Source: Squalus acanthias (taxonomy: Eukaryota). From it: a DNA stretch of 64,000 nucleotides. The number at the start of each line of letters is the position of its first letter. Within the stretch, counting starts at the first letter, position 1. Of the stretch, positions 51,784-62,210 are shown one piece after another. Below the pieces are notes generated by a model. It was not told where the DNA came from. It ran no database searches and worked only from the letters and a program-made list of their open reading frames with translations. The stretch covers positions 113,400,001 through 113,464,000 of the forward strand of contig CM059431.1 of NCBI GenBank assembly GCA_030390025.1. Direction: 5' to 3'. A program made the translations under genes and the position numbers.

Positions 51784-52237
51784 ATTGTATACCAACCAAA
51801 CATCACAAATTTCAATTTATATTAGGATGCTCATTGATATTCTCACTGTAACTATATGTACAACATGGAAGAATTTTTGAAATGAAGCCCAATAATGTGA
51901 CTTTTGATGTGTTATTTTCAACTGCTTCCCAGAGAAATCTAGATGGCAGTGCCACATTCCCTCTACCATTACATCTCTTCCTCTCTCACCTCATTGCTCA
52001 TTTCCATTCTCTCTCATATCCCCTCTCCTACGAAATCCTCTTCTCTCACAATCCCTCTCTTCTATTACCTCTGTTACATTCTCTCATTCACTCTCACCCT
52101 CCAAAATTCTATTGCTCACTGTCTTTATCATTCCCTTTTGTCCTCATTCCTTTTTAGCCCCTCATTATCTCTTTCCATATTATTCCTTCTCTCTTTTATT
52201 CTGTCTTTCCTTCCTTTTTTGTGCCTTTCTCATATGA

Positions 52238-52788
52238 TTATATAGAATTACATCAAACCTACAGCACAGAAACTGGTTATTTGGCCCAACTGGTCTATTC
52301 CAGTGTTTATGCTCCACACAAGCTTCCTTCTACCCTAGGTCATCTCACCCTATCAGCATATCCTTCTATTCCTTTCTCCCTCATGTATTTATCTAGTTTC
52401 CCCTTAACCACATCTGCTCTATTCGCCTCAACAACTTGATGTGGTAGCAAGTTCCACATTCTAAACACTCATCTTGATAAAGAAGTTTCTCCTGAATTCC
52501 TTATTGGATTTATTAGTGACTATCTTACATTTACGACCCCTACTTTTGGATTCCACCCCAAGTGGGAACATCTCTCCTACGTCTACCCCATCAAACCCCT
52601 TCATAATTTTAACAACCTCTATTAGCTCACTCCTTAGCCTTCTCTTTTTCTGGAGAAAAGAGCCCCGGCTTATTCAGCCTTTTCTGATAGTTATAACCTC
52701 TCAGTTCTGGCATCATACCTGTAAATCTGTTTTGCACCTTCTCCAGTGCCTCAATATACTTTTTGTAATATGTAGACCAGAACTGTGG
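52238..52788 (-). mobile_element. Degenerate CR1 3' fragment
   Basis: Similar to 40620-41160. Confidence 0.8.
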
Positions 52789-52934
52789 TCACAAGTTATA
52801 TTTACACAAAATATGAACAGATAAACTAACTTGTTTCATGGCAGATCCTTTACAGAATCATTGTCAGTTAAGAAGTAAAACCATGATGTGTGCATGCTTG
52901 TTTCCAAATAGGCACTGCTCATGGTAAACTGGTT

Positions 52935-53284
52935 ACGGTAGCATAACGGTTATGTTACTGGACAAGTAAGCCAGGGGCTTGAACTAATGATTGGTGAAAC
53001 ATGAGTTCAAATCCCACCACAACAGCTGGGGAAATTTAAATTAAATAAATCTGGAATAAAAAGCTACTATCAGACTATGAAACTGCTGGATTGTTATAAA
53101 AGCCCATCTGGTTCACTAATGTCCTTTGTGGTTGACTCTTAACTGTCCTCTGAAATAGCCTAGCAAGCCACTCAGTTGTATTCAACAAGGTGGCTCACCA
53201 GCACCTTCTCAAGGGCAATTAAGGATGGGCAATAAATGTTGGCCTTGCTGGCAATGTCCACATCCCGTGAATGAATAAAAAAAG
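52935..53284 (+). mobile_element. Second tRNA-like SINE family with a different LINE-derived tail
   Basis: B-box-like GAGTTCAAATCCC; tail GGGCAATAAATG...CACATCCCGTGAATGAATAAAA, also seen reversed at 30155-30228. Confidence 0.6.
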
Positions 53285-53772
53285 CCCAGCAATGTTAGGA
53301 ACATTTGAAATTTCATATCGGAATGGTGCTTGGTAGAAAAGTGTTTTTGCATCAGCTATTATTAAAACAAAAGGAATTAAATCATTTTTCGCCCTCTCCT
53401 AATCACGACCAGCTGACCATGCGTTCAGCAGCATGAAGGACCCCCGACCAGCGCTATTTAAAGGGATCATCAACAACTTGCAGCTGACTTGCTTTTTCAT
53501 TCCAACTGGGTCTGTGTAAGTTTGTGCAATTGTTTGAAGCTTTCTGGAGTTGTTTAGAGTTGCTGAGATGACAGGGAGTGTTACCGCAAGTGGAGAATAC
53601 CTTGTTTCTCATTTATAGGCTTCTGCTCACACCACTTGCACCCAGTCATGGGGGCTCTACTTGCAGTCCCCCTCACACTGGAGTATGACAGGGAGATGGA
53701 CCGGAGGCAGTGAAGAAGAGGACAAGCTGCTTGCAGAGTGAGGAGGAGGAGGGGCAGGAGGGCTCTCAGCAG

Positions 53773-54446
53773 GAACATAAGAACAGGAGGAGGCCATTCA
53801 GCCTCTCGAGCATGTTCCGCCATTCAATGAGGTCATGGCTGATCTGTGACCTAACTCTATATACAGGAAACTCTTTGGTATCTGGCACGTACGGGACCGG
53901 GATGGTGCCAGATTATTAAAAATTCCAGATAACGGAGATGTATACCTACCAAGGTACGAGAGCCCCGTTACACAGCCACTTGTGCAGGAGCCCCGGTTAC
54001 ACGGCCACTTGTGCAGGAGTCCCGGTTACACGGCCACAGATCCAGGAGTCCCTGTTACACGGCCACAGGTGCAGGAACCCCGGTTGCACGGCCACTAATA
54101 TACAGTAAAACTTACCTAAACCTACTCCTGAATTTTGCCGGTTAATAGAGAATTCCGGATATTTAGGTGCCGTTTAAATGAGAGTTTCCTGTACCTGCCT
54201 TTGGCCCATATCCCTTAATGCCTTTGGTTAACAAAAAGCTATCAATCTCAGATTTAAGATTAACAATTGAGCTAGCATCAATTGCCATTTGCTGAAGAGA
54301 GTTCCAAACTTCTACCACCCTTTGTGTGTAGAAGTGTTTCCTAATTTCACTCCTGAAAGTTCTGGTTCTGCCCCCTAGTCCTAGAATTCCCAACCAGCAG
54401 AAATAATTTCTCTCTATCTACTCTATCTGCTCCCCTTAATATCTTG
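53773..54446 (-). mobile_element. CR1 3' fragment inside the transposase
   Basis: Same subfamily as 602-1062; AGGA at both junctions. Confidence 0.88.
53864..54191. mobile_element. pogo/Tigger-like MITE with a 29-bp minisatellite
   Basis: TA|CAGGAAACTCT...AGAGTTTCCTG|TA; about 4.7 copies of CAGGAGCCCCGGTTACACGGCCACTTGTG at 53960-54096. Confidence 0.87.
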
Positions 54447-55361
54447 AGGAGGCCTTACCCACCTAAGGTCTTCCGATAGCACTTCTCCTACATACACCTA
54501 AACCAGGAGCAGTGTATTAGGAGGCTCCGCTTCACCAAGGAGGTGGTCACAGAACTCTGTCGCCTCCTCCAACCAAACCTGCAGCCTCAGAACAGGGCGA
54601 CGACGCCTCTCCCAGTGGCCCTCAAGGTCACCGTGGCCCTGAATTATTTTGCCACCAGAACCTTCCAGTCTGCAGCAGGAGACATAGCTACATCTCGCAG
54701 TTCACCGTCCATCGCTGCATCTGGGAGGTCACAGAAGCTCTGTACTCCAGGAGAAGGGACTTCATTGTCTGCTCTCTGAACAGAGAGAAGCAGGAGGAGT
54801 GCGCATGTGGCTTTGCCAGGATATCGGGCTTCCCCATGGTGCAGGGCACCATCGAATGCACACATGTGGCTTTGCAGGCACTGCATATCAATCCTGAGAT
54901 GTTCTGCAACTGCAAAGGCTACCACTCACTTAATGTGCCGTTAGTGTGTGGCCACGCCCAGCGCATCCTGATGGTCAATGCCCACTATCCTGGCAGCAGT
55001 CATGATGCCTTCACCCTGTGCCAGTCCGGTGTGCCTGCAATCTTCCAGCCACCACGTCGAACCCGAGGGTAGCTGCTCAGAGACAAGGGCTATCCGCTCT
55101 ATACCTGGCTGATGAATCCCCTCCGCAACCCCACCACTTGTGGCCAACACTCATGTAATGACAACCATGCTGCCATGAGGAACGTCATCCAGCAGACCAT
55201 TGGCATGCTAAAGCAATGGTTCCGCTGCCTTGACCGCTCAGGAGGAGCCCTCCAGTACATGCCGGAGCGGGTGTCCCATTTCATGGTGTTCTGCTGTATG
55301 CTCCACAATTTGGCCATCATGAAAACGCAGCCCTTGCCACCACGGGTTCTGGGGCCACCAC

Positions 55362-55372
55362 AGGAGGAGGAG

Positions 55373-55406
<34 letters not shown>

Positions 55407-55446
55407 AGGAGGAGGAAGGGAGGAGGAGGAGGAGGGAGGGAGGAGG
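55362..55446 (+). repeat. (GAG)n tract encoding the acidic tail of the transposase
   Basis: Poly-Glu in frame after CCMLHN. Confidence 0.9.
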
Positions 55447-55718
55447 CAGGCAGCAGTTCCCCGTTACAGACGGGCTGTCAGTGAGTGCCTCATCAGACTC
55501 TGGTTCCAGTGAATGAAACCCCAGATTCCTGTTGCTCACCACTTCCCCATCTCACCATACCTCTGTCACGGAACAGCATAGCGTCCTCCTGGGCACAAAG
55601 CTGAAATGAGAGCCACCACAAAACACACATTCCAAACAGAATTTATAAATTTATCAAATACAAGTCAAAAGAATAAAGTCAATGAATCACCCTTGTGCTT
55701 TCCCTTAGTGTCTGTCTT

Positions 55719-57589
55719 TTATTTACCTTTTCCTACTCTAGTGCTCCTACGAAGTGCTCCCCCAGTAGCTGCAGCATGGCTGGTGGAAGGCTGCTGACTT
55801 TCAGTGGGGGAGACTGCAGATGGCCGTGCAGGATAACCTCGAGTAGCTCTGGCCCTAGGGGGCCCGGCTGTAGACTGCGCCACCTCAGTAGGCGCGGCAG
55901 CAGTCTGGGCTGGCTGGATGACAGGCAGCAGCAAGGGCATTGGCGGAGTGGCAGTGGTGGGGGTACGAATGTTGACATCCTGAGAGAGGACATCAGCTTC
56001 TTGCTCCACGGAGCCACTGCCACTACCCTAGGGAGCACAGATTGCGGGACTGCACTGACACCCTGCAAGCCCCTTTCGACACTCATAAACCCAGCCATGA
56101 TGGCAGCAGTCTGATCTTGCATGGCAGCAAGCTGAGATGGCAGGAGAGTAGTCTGAGCTTCCACTGCAGCACTGAGACATTGGGTCACTTCCGACTGTGC
56201 TGCAATGAAAGGTGAGAGTTCACCTATCACAGCCAGCATCATGGTTGGGTCCACAAGTTCACTAATGGAGTTGCCCATCATTTCCATCCTGGAAATCATG
56301 GACTCCAAGCTCCGTGCAAAGCCCCGTGCAGTGCTGGAGCCAGACTCCTCCATGCTCCTTGACACTGTCAAGAGGCTGTCTGGCAGGCTTGCCTTTGCAC
56401 CAAGCGTTTCTGTGTGCCTGCCCATCACTCTTTTTCTGAAGGCCGCCCCATCGAGTTCATCATCTGAGTCCTGTGCAGCAGAACTTGTGCGTGAACTTGC
56501 CCTTCGGTGAGCTGGCACCCGAGCTACACTTTCCCCGTGGCCTGGCTGCAGCCTACTCATGCCCGGTGACTCACCACATGCAGACCCTGCCTCTATACTG
56601 CCCTCCAATGTATGTGCAGTGCCATTTTCTGAGCTTGTGTCTGCGAGTGTCAGATGCAGTGCCGGTGTGTTGTCTTCTCCTCCATCACTCTCCTCCTCCA
56701 TCACTCCAGGGGCAGGCTGGGCTGCTGGCAGTTCTTGGGTATCTGAAAGGAGTAATGCACAAGTGTCGGGTTGTGGTGAGGGCGGAGGGGGGTGGGGGGA
56801 AGGAAGATATCTATGCATATACCATCAGCAGCTTGTAAGTGAGAAGAGATTTTGGGATGAGGGGTAAGTGGGATGTGAGAAGAAGGATTAGGTATGAGCA
56901 TACCATCATCATCAGTAATGCTACCCACTTCACCGCTCACCACGGATTCTGTGATTGCCCCTCCAATTATTTTGAGAACTGCTTCCTCCAGCTCCGTGAG
57001 GTTCTGAAGACTGGTTTGCCCTCCACCCGTCTGCTGGTGCTCCCGACGGTTATGCGGCACCTTTGCCTGCAAGAGAAAGGGAAGTGTGCCAGTGAGTGTG
57101 GTGCAATGTGTTTGGGTGATGTGCCTGTCATGATTGAATAGCTGTATGTGCAAGGTGTGAGATGTAGGTGTGAGTCTTGCAGCTGTGGTAAGTGTGTGAG
57201 AGTGAAGTGAAGCTATGATTGCGAGGTATGAGTGGTGATAGCTAGAGATTGTTGGTTGGTGAGTGATGGGGTGCGGTGCATTTCGCATTGTGTGAGGCTT
57301 GTGGTGGTGCAGATGGTGGGATATGGCATTTGATGATGCATTCACGCACCTTGACCACTCGCGTGAGGTCATTAAACTTTTTGCGGTACTGGATCCAGGT
57401 CTTGGGGACAACACTTGTCGCAGTGATGGCTTGAGAAATCTCCTCCCAGAGACTTCTGGTGTTCAGCCTTGAAGGCCTCCTGCCCCCTTGTGGGTAAAGG
57501 ACCTCACGGCGTCTTTGTACCCCTAGGACCAAGGCCTCCAGTGCCGCATCAGAAAATCTTCTTGCCCTTTTCCTTGGCTGATGGGCCAT
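55719..57589 (-). pseudogene. Harbinger Myb/SANT-like DNA-binding gene, 3 exons (57589-57350, 57066-56904, 56742-about 55719)
   Basis: MAHQPRKRARRFSDAALEAL...WEEI...KTWIQYRKKFNDL. GT-AG introns join in frame (VVK|AKV; DDD|DTQE). Probable frameshift near 56010-56030. Confidence 0.85.
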
Positions 57590-58457
57590 GGCTATGTTCA
57601 GAATGACAATGAGGTGCTTCTGCAACAAAGCACCTCCCCTTTAAGTTGTGCAGAGGGCCTGGGCCAAACTTTATTGCCAGTAGACTGCACTCGATATTGG
57701 CCCCCCTGTTGAGCGCTAAGCCAATCAGCTGCTCCTTTAGCACTGAGATCAGCGCTGCAATCATTATAATGAGCAGGCAGCATGACCTTTGCGTGCTGCC
57801 TGCACCACTTTGAACGGGCGCAGGCACATAGCGTTGCGCGGTGCCCCGCCCGTTTTCAGGCCTTATCCAATTTCTAGGCCTAGAGGTTTACAGCACAGGA
57901 GAAGGCCTTTCAGCCCAGCGTGTCTGTGCCAGCTGTTTGCTAGAGAAATCCAAAATTATTCCCATCACCCTGCTCTCTCCCTGTCGTTCTGTATCTTCCT
58001 CGGCTTCAAATACTTTCCCTTTAAAGGCGCAACGGTCTCTGCCTCAAATTCACCCTGTGGGAAATGCATTCCAGGCCCCAACAATCTCATGTGTAAAGAA
58101 TTTCTCCAAACCTCTTCCCTCACTCTTTTAGTAATGATATTAAATTGATGATCCCCTCATGGCTGATTTCCCCAAACAATGGAAATAATCTTTCCCTATT
58201 CACTCTATCAAAATGCTTCATATCTTTTTTTTTAAAAAAAACCTCTGTGCTGAGTTAGTTGAATTCAGGGCACCACAGATTGCTTCAGTATCCCTGGATG
58301 AGGAAAGGAAAAATCAATCAGTCTTCACACTCCTGAATACTATAGAATGACCCCTGTTGGAACTATAAAGATATATGGGGAACGACAGAACCAATCTTGA
58401 GTGTGATGCTCCCTGTGTTTGAGCAGCCTGCCATCGCCCACTACCAAGGCTCACATA

Positions 58458-59690
58458 TGAATAGGAACATAGGAACAGGAGTAGGACATTCAGCTCATTG
58501 AGCCTGTACCGCAATTAGATCATGGCTGATCTGTACCTCAACTGCATTTACCCATCTTTACTCCATATCCCTTAATATCCTTACATAACAAAAATCTATC
58601 AATCTCACTTAAGAGATTTTCAATTGACCTAGCCTCAACAGCTTTTTGAGGGAATGAATTCCAGATTTCCACTACCCTTTGTGTGAAGAAATGCTTCCTG
58701 AATTCACCCCTGAATGGCCTGGCTCTAATTTTTAAGGTTATGCCCCTTTGTTCTGAACTTCTCCTCCAGAGTTTCTCTCTATCTATCCAACCAGATCCTT
58801 TAATCATCTTAAACACCTCAATTAGATCACCCCTTAACCTTCTACTCTTGAGGGAATACAATCCTACTCTATGCAGCATGTCCTCATAATTTAACCCTTT
58901 TAGCCCCGGTACCATTCTGGTGAATCAGCACTGCACCCCCTCTAAGGCCAATATCTCTTCTTCTCAGGCAGTCCCTCGGAACCGAGGATGACTTGCTTCC
59001 ACATTAAAAATGAGTTCTCAGGTGACTGATGAGTCCAATGCGGGACCTACAGTCTCTGTCTCTGTCACAGGTGGGGCAGAAGGTGGTTGAAGGAGCGGGT
59101 GGGTGGGGTGCTTGGGTTGACGTGCGCACCTTGCGCTGCTTGCGCTTGGCTTCCGCTTGCTCCCGGCGAAGAGGCTCGAGGTATTCGGCGCCTTCCCGGA
59201 TGCTTCTCCTCCACTTTGTGCGGTCTTGGGCCAGGGATTCTCAGGTGTCGGTGGGGATGTTGCACTTTTTCAAGGAGGCTTTGAGGGTGTCCTTGAAGCG
59301 TTTCCTCTGCCCACCTGGGGCTCTCTTGCCATGTTGGAGCTCCGTGTAGAGTGCTTGTTTTGGGAGTCTCGTATCCTTCGATGCGGTGCCAAGCACTGAA
59401 TGCAGTACTCTAGATGCGGACCAGCCCGAGCTTTATACAACTGTAGCATAACTTCCATCCCTTTGCATTTCAGCCCCTTTGAGATAAAGGCCAACATTCC
59501 ATTAGACTTTAAAAAAAAATGTTGTACCTGTCTACTAGCTTTTAGTGATTTCTGTACATGGACCCCTAAATCTCTCTGCTCCTCCACAATTCCCAGCTTC
59601 TTATCATTTAAACAAAATATATTTATTAGTGCCCAAAGTGGATGACCTCACACTTCCCCACATTAACTCTATCTGCCACAGTTTGCCCCT
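58458..59690 (-). mobile_element. CR1 3' fragment interrupted by an RTE fragment
   Basis: EEQRDLGVHV...HLEYC before, and RRLRGDLIEVF..WNSFP after, the insertion. Confidence 0.88.
58956..59372 (-). mobile_element. RTE-clade LINE 3' fragment
   Basis: Hand translation: ELQHGKRAPGGQRKRFKDTLKASL..DRTKWR..CPTCDRD..CRSRIGLISHLRTH (C2H2-like end) and a (GAA)n tail. Confidence 0.82.
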
Positions 59691-59928
59691 TGAACATCAT
59701 CGGCACTTGGATAAACCATCAGAGGCAGCTGGCACCCATGGATTGTATCCTAACAAGGAACCAATGCCTTTTGGGGAAGAGGGCAGGGGAGAAAACTTTA
59801 CTTTTAATAGCTTGTGCAAAATTAAAAGATAGCTTGAGTTATTTCTAAATGTTTTCCCTAGTAGTCATAAGAGAAATAACCACCTTGATGCATGTTGTGT
59901 TATATTAGTTAACTGTCAACCTAACAGA

Positions 59929-60392
59929 GAAGAAAGAAAGACTTGCATTTATATAGCGCCTTTCACAACCTCAGGACATCCCAAAGCACTTCACAGCCAT
60001 GAAGTACTTTTTTGAAGTGTAGTCACTGTTGTAATGTAGGAAATGCGGCAGCCAATTTGCACACAGCAAGCTTCCACAAACAGCAATATCCTAATGACCA
60101 GATAATCTGTTTTTTAGTGATGTTGGTCGAGGGATAAATATTGACCAGGAGAACTCCCCTGCTCTTCTTTGAAATACTACCATGGGATCTTTTACATCCA
60201 CCTGAGAGAGCAGACGGGGCCTCGGTTTAACGTCTCATCTGAAAGACTGCACCTCCGACAGTGCAGCGCTCCCTCAGTACTGCACTGGAGTGTCACCTTA
60301 GATTTTTGTGCTCAGGTCTTTGGAGTGGGACTGTGAACCCACAGCCTTCTGACTCAGAGACGAGAGTGCTACCAACTGAGCCACGGCTGACA
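59929..60392 (-). mobile_element. Full-length DeuSINE (SacSINE1-like)
   Basis: A box TGGCTCAGTTGG, full body, (CTTT)n tail. Confidence 0.9.
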
Positions 60393-62210
60393 CAGAGCGA
60401 GTAAGTTCAGGCTAACGTGGTTCCATGTGCTGTTTAAATTAAAATAAAACACTGGAGAGGGTTTATACCTGTTTTATAAATTGTTGTGGCACTTCTGGAC
60501 AATCGGGAATCTGGTTTGCCATTGCAAGATCTGAGGTAAAAATGTGCACCTGAACTAACAAAAGCAACATGCAGCCTACAGAGCAACATTGCTGCATTTA
60601 GTTTCATGCTGGCTTTACTTTAAAATGCTGCCATCATTGGCAATCTGGAATTAATAGAGGCAGCATGTAAAGGTAAATTAGGCAGCATTTTGAGGCATCT
60701 TGGGTCCTCTTGAGGCAATAGTGCCTCAAGTGGACCCAAGACTCACTTAAAGAGATGCGTTTAGGTACAACCTCCAAAGGCAGCAGTGGCCTGGCAGCAA
60801 ATATAAACATTCAGAGGCTGCAAATCTGTGGGTCATGATCCTGGCGGTTATGGAGCGATCACGTCCGCTGGTGCCCTCCAGCGCTGAACCTACCAGAGTT
60901 TGTGGGGTCAAGAGGAGGGCATCTCATTAGCATGGGAATGGTGGGCACAAGCCCTTCTTTTGGGGGCATCTCCGGTACCTGCCAGCACATGCCAGCTGGA
61001 AACTCAAGCACCTGCCTATCCTTGGGGGCAGGGGGGGGGGGGGGGAGGGTTTGCCCAGGCTGCCCCTGATACCAGCCACGCGTTCCTCGGCCCCCTATGT
61101 TAGTGGGAAGATCTCCCTTTTAAAAAAAAATGAGAGGGCTTTCTTCAGGGGTCCAGGCCACTTTCCTGGGGCCCACTCCCATATGGAGGTCAGTATGCCT
61201 CACCTCACTGAGCATATCATCCTCCACTGAAAGGTTAGGTCCTGACTGAGAAAAAGGAGTTGTGACTCCCTGGCGCTGACCCCTTGCTGCCACTTGCCTT
61301 GTAAGGGGCGGACAGTGGTGCTGCCCCTAACAGGGCAATGAGGAAACCCCTGGCACAGCTGAACTCCACCATTTGCTGAGGGGTTCTACCAGCCTCCTGC
61401 CGGAGATACAGTCGGAGACTGGAGGAACCCTAGAGGAATTTCGGCTCCTCATTCTTGTGGCACAGTTCTGTACCAGCTTTAAAGAGCCAGGTGATATAAA
61501 TGGAGAAGCTTTTGTGACACTGTCGCTGCAAAATTATTTCTGGAAGCTGCTCGGTGATGTAAATGCAACATAGTCAGCAGCAGCAGCAAAGTACAACATG
61601 GGAAAAGTGTATTGACTTTGTATCTTCAACTAAGGAGAGAAGTGGTAAGTCAAAGAATTAGTGTTTCTTTTCATTTGCTGGCTGATCGTAGTGAGTTAGA
61701 ATCCGGGATTTGAACAGCTGGAACAGATGATGATTTCAAAAGACTGCTCGCTCAGTTTTATGGCTTTATTGGCTTGATTGCTGTCATGTGGCTCAGCAGA
61801 AGCAGAATCCATGCTTTGGTCCAACTAAAACTTCAAAAGCTCAAGGGTCTGCATGGAGCTTCCCCCAAAAAGTGTTTTGACAACCTTAAACGGATCATTC
61901 CATCAGTGCACATTGCATTCTGGGCTGCAGATTTGGGAACTCCACCCAGACCCCCAAACCAAATTGCAGTTGGGGTCTTGCCAAATGGCAAAGCTGTACA
62001 GTGTAAGCAAGGTGCCTCAGGGTTTGGAAACACATTAAACTATTTACACTTTAATTTTGTAATTGCATCTTGGCTGAATTTAAAGCTGTTAAGGGTTCAA
62101 AAATATTGTATAATTAGGAGTTCTAATTTTATGGCAGTCCGACAGACATGAGGGAATCAGCTTTAAGAAATTCGAAAAGTCCTTTGATTCTGTACATTTA
62201 ATTTTTTTTT

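Larger units (their letters stand above)
53648..55516 (+). pseudogene. HARBI1-like DDE transposase pseudogene
   Basis: CIRRLRFTKE, LPVALKVTVALNYFA, GFPMVQGTIECTHV, KGYHSLNV, YPGSSHDA, DKGYP, GMLKQWFRCLD and CCMLHN motifs. Stops, a frameshift, and an insertion at 53773-54446. Confidence 0.92.
53290..57880. mobile_element. Decayed autonomous-type PIF/Harbinger transposon with two convergent genes
   Basis: HARBI1-like transposase (+) and Myb/SANT gene (-); right TIR AATTTCTAGGCC at 57869-57880; left TIR not found. Confidence 0.88.

Noticed and set aside
53960..54096. 29-bp repeats as a CRISPR array
   Set aside because: Head-to-tail with no unique spacers, inside a MITE, in vertebrate DNA.
55099..55542. 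Poly-Ser ORF on the minus strand
   Set aside because: Antisense reading of the transposase (GAG)n acidic tail.
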